Under the pieces are notes generated by a model. It saw nothing but the letters and a program-made list of their open reading frames with translations. It ran no database searches and was not told the DNA's origin. From a virus (taxonomy: Duplodnaviria; Caudoviricetes): a DNA stretch of 64,000 nt. Shown here one piece after another: positions 55,221 to 64,000 of this stretch (position 1 is its first letter; each line of letters opens with the position of its first letter). The position numbers and the translations under genes were made by a program. Location: the IMG/VR virus record IMGVR_UViG_2934069824_000002, positions 14,437 to 78,436 of that record, one strand, 5' to 3'.

Positions 55221-55534
55221 GGGCTCACCACCGTGGTGCAGCGGGTGGGGTGGTGGAGGTCGCCGCGGGTGATGAACCCGCGCTCGCAGCACCAGTCGGC
55301 CCACGGCTCGACCCAGACGCCCGGGGGCAAGGCCTCGAGCTTGCGGGCCTGCTCGGTCTGGACCCGGTAGGCGGTGTGCCGTATCCGGGTGCAGCCGAGG
55401 AGGCAGAACGCGGTGAGCCACAGACAGGCAGCGGCCCCGGGCCAGACGCCTGCCTGCGCCCAGAGCAGCCCGCCGGTGAAGCAGGCCAGGGCGATGAGGG
55501 ACATGGCGGTGTAGCGGAGGCGGGCGGAGATCAC
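55217..55534 (-). CDS. Membrane protein with CC...H...C tail
   Basis: Two TM segments. Confidence 0.6.
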   Translation of the reverse strand: MISARLRYTAMSLIALACFTGGLLWAQAGVWPGAAACLWLTAFCLLGCTRIRHTAYRVQTEQARKLEALPPGVWVEPWADWCCERGFITRGDLHHPTRCTTVVSP

Positions 55535-56058
55535 TGGGCACCGCCGGTCGCCTCGCGCCAGGCCGTAACGATCGTGTTCGGCACGGTGCCAGCCGCGGGG
55601 ACGTCGAGACCGGCTCCCCTGGCCCAGGCACGGACCTCGGCCGGCACGTAGTCCCGCACCGGAGACTTCCGCTTCTGCGTCGGGCGCAGCCTGTCCTTAC
55701 GGGCACGGAGTTCGGCGAGCTGCTCGACCAGGCGCTGCTCCTCGGCGTCGGCCTGGGCGAGCTCCTCGGCCTCGGCGTACAGGCCGCGGAGCTCCCGCAG
55801 GAGCGCCCGGGCCTGCTCGCCCTTGCGGGCCACGAACCGTGTCTCGTGTGCCTCGGCCCAGGCGAGCAACTTGCCGACCGCGAGCGGCGCGGCACCGGCC
55901 GGGGACGTCTCCTGATGAGCGGGCGGGCTGGGTACCGGTCGGGGCTGCTGCATGAACTTCCTCTTCCTGGCGGTGATCTGAGGGATCTCGGGTGCCGGAT
56001 GGCGGACGACGTCGGGCTGCTCCTCGTCCAGGAGCCGGATCAGGGCGGCGATCGTCAT
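55531..56058 (-). CDS. Coiled-coil protein with Lsr2-like DNA-binding domain
   Basis: EVRAWARGAGLDVPAAGTVP..IVTAW. Confidence 0.78.
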   Translation of the reverse strand: MTIAALIRLLDEEQPDVVRHPAPEIPQITARKRKFMQQPRPVPSPPAHQETSPAGAAPLAVGKLLAWAEAHETRFVARKGEQARALLRELRGLYAEAEELAQADAEEQRLVEQLAELRARKDRLRPTQKRKSPVRDYVPAEVRAWARGAGLDVPAAGTVPNTIVTAWREATGGAQ

Positions 56059-56267
56059 GCCGGGGGCCACGGGTGCTTGGCCCGGTCGCCGAGACGCCAC
56101 CCCTCCAGGGCCTCGAGGAGCTCCTGGACGTGCTCGGCCGCGTCCGGGTCCGGCTGCCCGGCCGTACGCGGGGGCCTGGTACCGGCGTATGTGCCGTCGG
56201 GCCATTCCTCCTGGCCGGCCTCGGCGCGCTCCAGGGCTGCGGCGTCCTCGGACGTCAGTGCTGCCAC
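56055..56267 (-). CDS. Hypothetical protein
   Basis: Overlaps the neighbouring genes at both ends. Confidence 0.45.
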   Translation of the reverse strand: MAALTSEDAAALERAEAGQEEWPDGTYAGTRPPRTAGQPDPDAAEHVQELLEALEGWRLGDRAKHPWPPA

Positions 56268-56566
56268 GGGACCGGCCTCACTCCCGACGTCGCCCGCTGC
56301 CCGCCGCTGCTGCGCCTCGGCGGCGGGGACGGGCAGGTGGCGTGATGCGGCATCGCCCGCCACTCCGACGGGCGCGGCTCCGGGTGGGCCTTGGTGAGGG
56401 ACCGGACGTACAGCAGGCCGTCGGCCCCCTGCGTGACCGCAAGGTTCCCTTCCTCGGTCGGCTCGGCGTCGACCGGCTGGCGGCGGCCGTTGGCGGTAGT
56501 GAGCGCCCAGCAGATCGGGGCGCGGCAGCCCTTGCAGTGGGTGATGTGGTCACGGCTCGGCTTCAT
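56255..56566 (-). CDS. Zn-binding phage protein
   Basis: CKGCRAPICWA...PVDAEP...GNL...HHATCP. Confidence 0.72.
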   Translation of the reverse strand: MKPSRDHITHCKGCRAPICWALTTANGRRQPVDAEPTEEGNLAVTQGADGLLYVRSLTKAHPEPRPSEWRAMPHHATCPSPPPRRSSGGQRATSGVRPVPWQH

Positions 56567-58215
56567 GCTGGGGTCCCTCCGTCGTCGTGCTGGGCGGTTA
56601 GGTGGGGCAGGACGAGGGCCCTGCCGTACAGGCGGATGGCGGCGGGGGCGCCGAGCTCGGCGAGCGCCTGGCGGACCGTGTCGTCGGTGGCGGCCGCGCG
56701 CAGCTGCTCCCGCTCGTCCGGGCCCGGGGGCTCCGGGCCGGGCTCCGGCCGGGGCATCGGGAGCCACGTTGTCGGCGGCCGCGCCGGGGCCGGCGGTTCG
56801 GGCGGTGCCTCGGTCGTGACGGGCTGCTGCGCCCGGGTCTCCTCGATGGCGGCCTCGGCGGCGGCGATGTTCGCGCAGAGGTGGCAGCGTTCGCCGGTGG
56901 CCCAGGTGGTGCCGTCCTCGCAGGAGGGCAGGCGGCATCCGTGGCGGGGCAGGCCTGCGCCGAGGATCCACCGGCCGACGTCGCCGCGCCGTGCCCGCTC
57001 GGCGGCGGGGCCCCGGGCGGTGAGGCGGGAGTACCGGGTCAGGAGCCGGGTCGTGAGGCGCTCGGCCCCGACCCCGGCGGACAGCTGTACGCCGATCTCC
57101 CGGCCGATCCGGCGCAGCACGTACGGGCTGATGCCGGGGAGCTCTGTGCGTACGGGCTCGAGGACCTGCCACACCCGGGGCGACAGCTGCAGTCCCGGCC
57201 CGCGGTACGCGCCAGCCTCGCTGTTGCTGCGCTTTTCGTCTTGAGCCGCGCTCTGGAACGTCGGCTCAGCCGGGTTTTCCACAGGCCGAGGCCCGTAACT
57301 CCCCGAGTCTCGCCTCCGGCGGATCTCAAGATTGCCCGCGCGCCCGTCAGGTGTAAGGGAGTTGTCTTCCCTAGTCGCGAGGGACCCGTCTTGATCGTCC
57401 GGACCCACCCCGTCATGGATGTCCGTAGCGGGCGGGGCCAGCAGGTCGGAGACGGGGAACAGGGCGTCATCCACATCGTCGTCCACAGCCGGGGCCGGGA
57501 CGGCGGGGACAGCGTGCAGGGGATGGGTGTTGACGGTGACGGCGTGGCGGCCGCGGTGCCCGGCCCGGCGGCCGAGGGTGAGCCACCCGGCGGCCTCCAG
57601 GTCGCACAGGAGGCGGCGACCAGTCTTCTCGCACAGCGGCTTCCCAGCGCTCTCACCGCTGTGGTGGCGCAGTTCCCCGGCGAGCTCCGCCCCGGTGACG
57701 GGCAGGCCCATGGCGGTGGCGCGGGCGAGGTGGAGCCAGGCGCGCAGGCGGCGCGGGGTCAGGGCCTCGGCGACCCGTACGGGGACCTCCAGGGCGGGCT
57801 GGTCGCGCGGGACGAGGCGGGCGTAGCGCAGGGCGGAGCGGCCGTCACCGCCGCGGTGGGTGCGCTGCTTCGTCCGGAGCCACGGCTCGCCTTCGGGGCC
57901 GGTCCGGTTGAGCTGGGTCAGGCCGCGTTCCACGGCGGACGGGGACATGCCCAGCGCGGCGGCGAGCTCCGCGACCCGGGCGGTACACGGGTCCTCGCCC
58001 GGTCGGGACGCAGGCCACGTGCGGCGGGCGTCCAGGGCGGCGACCTTGATGTAGACGGCCGCCGCCTCGTCGCAGTAGTCGCCGCCCCTGTAGAGGGACT
58101 CGGGGATCCAGACGCTCTGCTCGCTCCTCCGGCGGGGCCGGTTGTAGCGCACAGCACTGCTGGCCCCGCCGCGGGTGCGGCGGGGCTCAGCAGTGGCGAG
58201 CAGAGCGGAGGACAT
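56563..58215 (-). CDS. HTH-containing replication initiator-like protein
   Basis: Two HTH regions (VAELAAALGMSPSAVERGL; GAELAGEL...) and C-terminal C..CEDG..W.TG..C..C. Confidence 0.7.
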   Translation of the reverse strand: MSSALLATAEPRRTRGGASSAVRYNRPRRRSEQSVWIPESLYRGGDYCDEAAAVYIKVAALDARRTWPASRPGEDPCTARVAELAAALGMSPSAVERGLTQLNRTGPEGEPWLRTKQRTHRGGDGRSALRYARLVPRDQPALEVPVRVAEALTPRRLRAWLHLARATAMGLPVTGAELAGELRHHSGESAGKPLCEKTGRRLLCDLEAAGWLTLGRRAGHRGRHAVTVNTHPLHAVPAVPAPAVDDDVDDALFPVSDLLAPPATDIHDGVGPDDQDGSLATREDNSLTPDGRAGNLEIRRRRDSGSYGPRPVENPAEPTFQSAAQDEKRSNSEAGAYRGPGLQLSPRVWQVLEPVRTELPGISPYVLRRIGREIGVQLSAGVGAERLTTRLLTRYSRLTARGPAAERARRGDVGRWILGAGLPRHGCRLPSCEDGTTWATGERCHLCANIAAAEAAIEETRAQQPVTTEAPPEPPAPARPPTTWLPMPRPEPGPEPPGPDEREQLRAAATDDTVRQALAELGAPAAIRLYGRALVLPHLTAQHDDGGTPA

Positions 58216-58670
58216 CAGGCCGACGGCTCCGAGGGCCGGTCGGCCTGGGCGGCGGCGTCCGTCTGGGCGAGCTCGGTCGCGCGGGCGCGGCGGGCGCGGG
58301 CGAGTGCGCCCGGGGGCAGGGTGAGGACCAGGTCGACGCTGTCGATGGGTCCGTCGGCCGGGGGCCGGCGGAGGAAGCCGCGGTCGATGAGGGTGGCCAG
58401 GGCGACGTGGACCTGGCGGACGTGCAGCCCGGTGGCGTGGACTAGGCCGATCACCCGGGGCTGGCGAGCGATGTGCCCGCGGCCGTCAGCGTGGGTGGCC
58501 AGGGCGATCGCGACGAAGCGGTGGTTGCCGGGCAGCGACGACGCGAGGATGGCCCGTTCCCACGGCTGCCGGTGCGCCGGCCGACTGTCCAGGGTCGGGG
58601 TCTCGGCGGCGGCCGGGGTGGGGCGGCGGCGTGGCATGTGGGCCGGGGTGGGGCGGGCGGCGGTCGTCAT
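58215..58670 (-). CDS. Winged-HTH protein coupled to the replication gene
   Basis: WERAILAS...VAIALATHAD...L...TGL..RQV..AL..L..RGFL. Confidence 0.68.
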   Translation of the reverse strand: MTTAARPTPAHMPRRRPTPAAAETPTLDSRPAHRQPWERAILASSLPGNHRFVAIALATHADGRGHIARQPRVIGLVHATGLHVRQVHVALATLIDRGFLRRPPADGPIDSVDLVLTLPPGALARARRARATELAQTDAAAQADRPSEPSA

Positions 58671-58882
58671 GACGGCGGCTCCAGTTCTTCGGGCGGTTCG
58701 GTGCGGTCGGGGTGGTTGAGGTAGTTGCCGGGCGGCCAGCCCGGCCCCGGCGGGGGCTCGGGCAGGCCGCGTACGGCTCGCGGTGTGTGCCGGTCGCACT
58801 TCCAGCCGGTGACGTACCGGCGGGCGTAGACCAGGCCGTGCGGCTGGCCGAGGTCGCCGCACGGACGGACGGAACCGCTCAC
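58667..58882 (-). CDS. Hypothetical protein
   Basis: RRYVTGWKCDRHTP; coupled. Confidence 0.58.
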   Translation of the reverse strand: MSGSVRPCGDLGQPHGLVYARRYVTGWKCDRHTPRAVRGLPEPPPGPGWPPGNYLNHPDRTEPPEELEPPS

Positions 58883-59124
58883 GACGAGGGGGCGTTGATC
58901 TCGCCGCAGCGGGAGCAGCGCAGGCCCTCGGCCGTGACGTCGTGCGGCCACTCGATGTGTCCGCACGACGGCCGGTGACAGGCGACGAAGATGCGGGTCT
59001 CGGTGTCCCGGTCGGGCGCCGGGACCACCACGACGCCGCGCCCGGTGGCGAGTGCGGCGGACAGCCACCGGACGGCGGCGACCAGACCGAGGGCCAGGAG
59101 CAGAAAGGGGAGCTGTTCAGACAT
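58879..59124 (-). CDS. TM plus Zn-ribbon protein
   Basis: CHRPSCGH...H...CSRCG. Confidence 0.62.
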   Translation of the reverse strand: MSEQLPFLLLALGLVAAVRWLSAALATGRGVVVVPAPDRDTETRIFVACHRPSCGHIEWPHDVTAEGLRCSRCGEINAPSS

Positions 59125-59599
59125 CGGTGAGGACCTCCATGCGGAGCTCGGCGAGGGCCAGGCCGTAGACGGCGCAGAGGCCCGAGCACCACAGGCGCAC
59201 CCCGTCGGTGGAGTCGATGACCTGGGTACGGATCCACCCGGACGTGTCAACCGCCGCGGCGTCGACCGTGGCCGTCCCGCATCCCTGCTCCTGGCAGGTG
59301 CCGGGGCCGCCGACCGCGCGGCGGGTCGGGCGGGCCAGGGCGTAGGACGCGCAGAGGCTCGAGCACCAGGCACGGGCCGACGGGCGCCGCCCGAGGACCT
59401 GGACCCGCGCCCACCCGGACGGAGCCGGTTCGGGGTGCGAGCTTCCGCATGCCCGGGTCCGGCACGTGCCGGGCAGGTCCGCCGGCAGCGGCACCCGGGG
59501 AATCCCGTACGCCTCGCTCGCCTCGCTCTTGGCGTTCGCCGGTCGGCGCATCCGCGACGACGGCGCGTCGTTGAACCCGCGGGACAGAGAGGCCATCAC
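59117..59599 (-). CDS. Protein with two Cys-rich repeats (WCS.LC..Y.LA)
   Basis: Internal duplication C...CG...GW...WCS.LC. Confidence 0.65.
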   Translation of the reverse strand: MMASLSRGFNDAPSSRMRRPANAKSEASEAYGIPRVPLPADLPGTCRTRACGSSHPEPAPSGWARVQVLGRRPSARAWCSSLCASYALARPTRRAVGGPGTCQEQGCGTATVDAAAVDTSGWIRTQVIDSTDGVRLWCSGLCAVYGLALAELRMEVLTDV

Positions 59600-60279
59600 T
59601 CGGCCTCGGTGTCGTGCTCGGCGGCGACGGTGAGCGGGACGACGACGTACCCGGTGAACTCCTGGGGCCCACCGTCGACCTGGACGACGAGCTCGTACGG
59701 CTCGTCGGAGTCGCCGTCGTCGCCGAGGCTGGCCCAGGAGAAAAGAAGGGCCCGGTCGGCCGGGTGCTCGTCGCTGACGAGGGCCTCGCAGTGCCGACGG
59801 GCAGCGGCCTCGGTGGTGTAGTGGCCGACGTGGATGGTCTCGTGCTCGGCCCGGTAGTCCGTGTGCGCGGCCGCAGGCTGCGCCTCGGCGGCGCCGAGGG
59901 CGTCATCGATGTGCGCCAGGCTGGCGAGAGCGTCCGACCACGCGGCGATCTCGCCGAGGTCCTCGCATACGACCGCTTCGCCGAGCTCGTCCAGGCCGTC
60001 GAGAAGCCGGGCGGCGGTGGGCTGCTCGCGCAGAGCGCGGGCGATCGAGACGAGGACGGTCGTACGGGCGTCGCGGGCGGAGATCGTCGGGGTGGACTCG
60101 CCCTCGCGGGCGTCCTTCCCCTCGAGGGTGTCGGCGATCCGCTGGGCGAGGCCGGACACGGTGCCGGTCCAGGTGTCGCGGCCGGTCTGGAGCGGCTGCT
60201 CCAGGGTGATCCGGGCGTCCGGGGTCGCACCGGGCAGGACGCCGAGGATCGCGGCGGTGGCCGTGGTGTGCAGCGTCAT
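59596..60279 (-). CDS. Hypothetical protein
   Basis: ATGA coupling; GHYTTEAAARRHCE. Confidence 0.62.
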   Translation of the reverse strand: MTLHTTATAAILGVLPGATPDARITLEQPLQTGRDTWTGTVSGLAQRIADTLEGKDAREGESTPTISARDARTTVLVSIARALREQPTAARLLDGLDELGEAVVCEDLGEIAAWSDALASLAHIDDALGAAEAQPAAAHTDYRAEHETIHVGHYTTEAAARRHCEALVSDEHPADRALLFSWASLGDDGDSDEPYELVVQVDGGPQEFTGYVVVPLTVAAEHDTEAE

Positions 60280-60635
60280 CGCTCCACCGCCGTGGGGGCG
60301 TCGGCCGGGTTGCTGGTCCAGATACGGACGTCGACCCCGTCGACCGGGACGACCACGCTGTACGTGGTGGTGCCTCCGCCGGCCTTGAACTCGGTGACCG
60401 GGACGTCGTACGCCTCGGCGATCTCCAGGAGGGGGGCGAGCAGCAGGTAGCCGATCTCCCCGACGTACGCGCCGTCGCGGCCCCAGGTCTTCTGGCCGGT
60501 GTAGAACGGCTCGGCGGCCGTCGGGATCCCGATCGTCTTCCAGGTGGCGTTTGTCGCCAGTTGCAGGCTGCGCTGCCAGGTGGGCGTAGGCGGTTCGGAT
60601 GTGGTCGGCGCGGTGCCGATAGTCTCGGTGGACAC
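60276..60635 (-). CDS. Hypothetical protein
   Basis: GTG after GAGG. Confidence 0.6.
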   Translation of the reverse strand: MSTETIGTAPTTSEPPTPTWQRSLQLATNATWKTIGIPTAAEPFYTGQKTWGRDGAYVGEIGYLLLAPLLEIAEAYDVPVTEFKAGGGTTTYSVVVPVDGVDVRIWTSNPADAPTAVER

Positions 60636-60717
60636 GGTTGCCTCGATTCATGGTTGAGGTGTGCCGGTTGAGGGGCCGTCCAGGGACCAGGCCCGGTCCC
60701 GGCGGCCCCGACGTACG

Positions 60718-60903
60718 TCAGGCAGCGCGCGGCGCGGGCGTGGCGACGTCGGTGGTGGTGGCGAGATGCCGATACAGGACGGCGAGCGAGGAGACCTCGC
60801 TCGGGGTCAGGCGGCAGGTAGGGCAGTCGGCCGGATCGGTGCCGTGGTCGCAGTCGTCCGCCATGCCGGCGGCGAGCGCCTCGGCGGCGGTGCGGCAGAT
60901 CAC
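60718..60903 (-). CDS. Small Cys-containing protein
   Basis: C.H.....CPTCRLT; GTGA coupling. Confidence 0.55.
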   Translation of the reverse strand: MICRTAAEALAAGMADDCDHGTDPADCPTCRLTPSEVSSLAVLYRHLATTTDVATPAPRAA

Positions 60904-61190
60904 GGGGTGCCAGCCAGTGCGGGCGTAGCTCCGTCGGCGGGGATGGACCGGCCGGTCGGGGCCCAGAGGACGAGGTGGTCTACGCCGAGGACCCGCGCGA
61001 TGTCGTAGGCGACCTCGGCCGGTTGCGTTCGGACGTCACCCGAAAGGAGGTGATCGATCGTGCTGTGCGGTATGCCGACCTCGGCGGCGAGCGCACGCTG
61101 TGTGATTGCCGCCCCGGTCCCGGTGCGCGCCATGAGCATGCGCAGCCGATCGGGGTTGACCAGCCGAAACCGGTGTTTTGCATGTTCCAT
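60900..61190 (-). CDS. Cro-like XRE HTH protein
   Basis: TQRALAAEVGIPHSTIDHLLSG. Confidence 0.82.
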   Translation of the reverse strand: MEHAKHRFRLVNPDRLRMLMARTGTGAAITQRALAAEVGIPHSTIDHLLSGDVRTQPAEVAYDIARVLGVDHLVLWAPTGRSIPADGATPALAGTP

Positions 61191-61200
61191 GTGCGACCCC

Positions 61201-61352
61201 TTGGGCAGAGCGCCTAAAAAATTGGGCAAGCACAACGTAAGCATTCCTTGGGCGCGCTGTCCAGTTTCTTGGGCAGAGTGCGGGCATGGATTTGGTCAAC
61301 ATCTTGAGACGGGGTGGCGGTCGCCGCCCAAAAACCTGGACACTATGGCCAG
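61201..61352. promoter_or_regulatory. Operator array of the prophage B switch
   Basis: 17-bp imperfect palindromes TTGGGC-N5-GCCTAA (61201), TTGGGC-N5-GTCCAG (61248), CTGGAC-N5-GGCCAG (61336); extra TTGGGC at 61222 and 61269. Confidence 0.6.
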
Positions 61353-61451
61353 GGGGGCGGACTCCTCCTGTGCCTGAGCTGGGAAGATGGGGTGTACGCA
61401 TCTTTGGTCAGTTGGGCACCCGGACGCCCCACGCACCCCCGGAGGATGATC

Positions 61452-61850
61452 ATGGAGACTGCACCGGATCCAAGATGGGACCTCGCCGACCTCGTTCGCC
61501 GGCGCATGGGCGAGCTCGGCCTCTCGTTCCGGAAGCTCGCCGAGGCTGCAGTCGACCCTGCCGACGAAGGCGCCGGCCCCCTCTGGACGCGGGGCACGCT
61601 CGAGAACCTGGCGAAGCGCGAGCCGGTCAAAGCGCCTTCGGCGCCGCAACTTCGGGCCCTCGCGGCAGGGTTGCAACTGCCCCTGCGTCTCGCGCAAGAG
61701 GCTGCCGCCGCCCAGTGGTTCGGCGTGGAGACGGTCTATGACGACGAGGGTGACCCTGAAACTCGACTCCTCGTGCGCCGCTACCAGCAGATGAGCCCCG
61801 AGGATCGACGGCGGCTGCAGATCATCGCGGAGACGTATGACCCATCGTGA
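61452..61850 (+). CDS. Immunity repressor (XRE-like HTH)
   Basis: GLSFRKLAE...TRGTLENL...LRALAAGL; GGAGG RBS; divergent from Cro. Confidence 0.82.
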   Translation: METAPDPRWDLADLVRRRMGELGLSFRKLAEAAVDPADEGAGPLWTRGTLENLAKREPVKAPSAPQLRALAAGLQLPLRLAQEAAAAQWFGVETVYDDEGDPETRLLVRRYQQMSPEDRRRLQIIAETYDPS

Positions 61851-62037
61851 CTGCGTTACCGGGTTCAATAATCGTAACTATGGGTGAGATCTTGTAACCC
61901 CCTGGTCGGATTCTGATCGTCGTTGCATGATGAACGTCCTGCCGGGGGGCGGAACGCATGACTCCATTAGTCGTGCCCTGCGGGATCGAACTGACGTGCG
62001 ATCCTCGGGTGGAGTCGTTACGGGGAAGTAGGCGCAC

Positions 62038-62505
62038 ATGAGCAAGACGATCAGTGGCAGCAGGACGCCCGTGCGAATCGCGTTCGAGATCGTCCCGGAG
62101 AGCTCGCTGCCGCCGGACAAGGCGGTCGCCCTGGACGAGGTTGACGGGCTGATCACCGCCCGCATCGGCGAGGGACACATCACGCCCGAGCTCCGTGCAG
62201 AACTCGAGGAGCTCCACCGCACCGTGACTCAGCAGGAGCGGTGGGTGCAGACCTCGCCGGAGCTGGACCCGCACCGCCTCGAACAGCCGGCGGAAGGGCT
62301 CGGGATTGCCCACGTGGCGTGGGAGCGGGTCGCCGCCGGGGTGCTCCCGCGCACCGTGCTCGCGGCCCCGGTGGAGCGCGACCGCATGCTGGTCTGGCTC
62401 CTCCACGAGGATCACGCCTCGGCGCAGCTCTGCGCCGAGATATCCGAGTACGGGCGCCGGATCGCCGGAGACGGACTCTGGGAGCAGCGATGGCCTACGG
62501 CTTAG
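62038..62505 (+). CDS. Hypothetical protein between repressor and integrase
   Basis: Protein-like ORF with an apparent internal duplication ending W.Q. Confidence 0.65.
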   Translation: MSKTISGSRTPVRIAFEIVPESSLPPDKAVALDEVDGLITARIGEGHITPELRAELEELHRTVTQQERWVQTSPELDPHRLEQPAEGLGIAHVAWERVAAGVLPRTVLAAPVERDRMLVWLLHEDHASAQLCAEISEYGRRIAGDGLWEQRWPTA

Positions 62506-64000
62506 CCTTATCCGCCTCCTGGCCGGGGGCGGCATCCGTACGGGCCCGGACGATACGAATCGCATTCGTATCGAATCCGGGCCCTCTGCGTTGGGTCGGC
62601 AGGATGACCACGCCGAAGAGGATCCGCACGGTGGTGGCCCGGATGCTGATGGGCGTGGCCTCCCACTGTTCGGGAGTGATGCCGATCATGCGGCCGAGGA
62701 GGCGGCGCTCGGCGGTCGCCCCGATCTCGGCTCGAGCGGTCGCGATCCGCTTCTCGAGCGACGCGAGACCGACCAGGGCGAGAGCCGTGTCGATCTCGGG
62801 GTTGTCGGCCAGTGACTCGATCTGCTGACGTACCGTGTCCCGGCGTCGCTCGAGCTTGACCAACTCGTCGGCCAGGTTAGGGTTCTCGGCCCGCGCGGAG
62901 AGTTCGGTCAGCAGCTCGGGGCTGTTCAGCAGGCGTATCGCTCGACCGCTGACGTAGGCCTCGGTGTGCTCAAGGTTCCGCCCGACCTTGCGGCAGGTGT
63001 CGCAGTAGTAGATGCGCGAAGTCTTCCTGTTCCTGCCCCCGGTCGGCTTGGTCGACATCCACGACCCGCAGTTCCAGCACTGCGCCCCGCCCGTTCCGGA
63101 CAGCAGGTACTTGCGTTCCCGACCGGCGTGGGGGCGCAGCTCGGCGCCGGCCGCGTAGTACCGGTGGAGGCTCTCCCACATCTCCCGCGGGAAGATCCCG
63201 TCCCATGCCGCATCGTAGAGCTGGCCGTCCCGCTCGATCAGCCCGGCGGACCGCGGGGCCAGGAACAAGTTCCGCACGGTCTTGGTCTGCCAGGGGTTGC
63301 CCTCGGTCGTGGTGCACAGAGTGTCCATCCACCGGACGACGCCAGCCTGCGGCTGGCCAGCGAGTACCCGCTCGCCAGCCTCGAACAGGATGCGGGCCTC
63401 CTCGGGTACCTGCTGGCTCATGTCGTAGACGGGGACCTCGACCTCCACACCGTCAATCAGCTTTGTCCGGGTGCCGATCTGCACGCCGTACCCGAAGGCG
63501 CGGTGACCGCCGCTCTGCGTGAGGCCGGCCTCCAGTCGGGCGTCCAGGGCGCGCTTCACCCGGCGGCTGATGTTGTCCGACTCCCGGCAGGCCTGGGCTG
63601 CCTCGATGCGCAGGATGAACCTGTCGTCGGGTGAATCGAGGTCGCGCGTGCCGGACGGGCTGGCGATCCGCATGCCCCGGCTGTCCGAGATCCCAATGAG
63701 CGTCTCGAGGTCGAAGGGCTGCCTGATCAACCTGTCGCCGTGGTAGACGATCACGGCGTCGATCTCGCCCGCCTCGATGCAGCGCAGCATGCGGTCCCAC
63801 TGCGGCCGTGAACGGTTCCTCTGCCAGGCGCTGCGCGAGTTGTCCGGGAAGATGTGCGCCTCGCTGACGCCCCAGCCCAGGCGGTCCGCCAGGTCCCGGC
63901 AGTCGCCTTCCTGGCGCTCCACCTTCTCGAGCGATCCGTCCGGCGCGTACGACAGTCGGCAGTAGATGCCGGCCCTCTGAGGCAGTCGCTGATTCCGCAT
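62495..64000 (-). CDS. Large serine integrase B
   Basis: IYCRLS catalytic motif, DRLIR, CWNCG...CDTC Zn ribbon. Confidence 0.95.
   Translation of the reverse strand: MRNQRLPQRAGIYCRLSYAPDGSLEKVERQEGDCRDLADRLGWGVSEAHIFPDNSRSAWQRNRSRPQWDRMLRCIEAGEIDAVIVYHGDRLIRQPFDLETLIGISDSRGMRIASPSGTRDLDSPDDRFILRIEAAQACRESDNISRRVKRALDARLEAGLTQSGGHRAFGYGVQIGTRTKLIDGVEVEVPVYDMSQQVPEEARILFEAGERVLAGQPQAGVVRWMDTLCTTTEGNPWQTKTVRNLFLAPRSAGLIERDGQLYDAAWDGIFPREMWESLHRYYAAGAELRPHAGRERKYLLSGTGGAQCWNCGSWMSTKPTGGRNRKTSRIYYCDTCRKVGRNLEHTEAYVSGRAIRLLNSPELLTELSARAENPNLADELVKLERRRDTVRQQIESLADNPEIDTALALVGLASLEKRIATARAEIGATAERRLLGRMIGITPEQWEATPISIRATTVRILFGVVILPTQRRGPGFDTNAIRIVRARTDAAPGQEADKAKP

Larger units (their letters stand above)
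22172..64000 (-). mobile_element. Prophage B (near-complete; right att just outside the window)
   Basis: Lysis-tail-head-terminase-early-replication-repressor-serine integrase. Confidence 0.95.

Noticed and set aside
62038-62505. ImmA/IrrE metalloprotease anti-repressor
   Set aside because: HEDH does not match HExxH spacing; left as hypothetical
1-64000. tRNA or rRNA genes
   Set aside because: None recognised by eye; a tRNAscan/Infernal run would be needed to exclude them

Overview
Very GC-rich actinobacterial DNA, most likely Streptomyces. Almost the whole window consists of two related temperate siphovirus-like prophages lying in tandem in the same orientation. Prophage A runs from before position 1 to about 21930: head genes, terminase, HNH, an accessory membrane module, SSB, an iteron origin, a primase-helicase, an immunity switch and a serine integrase. 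Prophage B runs from about 22172 to beyond 64000: cargo, lysis, tail, head, terminase, the same accessory module, replication, immunity and a second serine integrase. The only host DNA between them is a ~240-bp internal piece of a TadA/CpaF ATPase gene (from Walker A GKTT to just past Walker B), so one host gene appears to be cut into three by two different integrases. The most interesting observations are: (1) a conserved module in both prophages resembling Streptomyces plasmid spread/transfer genes, with membrane+HTH and membrane+winged-helix proteins, element-specific clt-like DNA repeats and no FtsK/TraB motor; (2) a prophage-borne PIMT-type methyltransferase with an unannotated 44-aa precursor, resembling an imiditide/pamtide RiPP operon, under an XRE-TPR regulator; (3) an unannotated conserved 32-aa CxxC/HxH peptide with a conserved structured leader; (4) recurring CAA-loop hairpins at late-gene starts; (5) nested domain insertions in the tail protein. 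All calls come from reading the sequence and recalling motifs; no database searches were run and start codons were chosen by hand.
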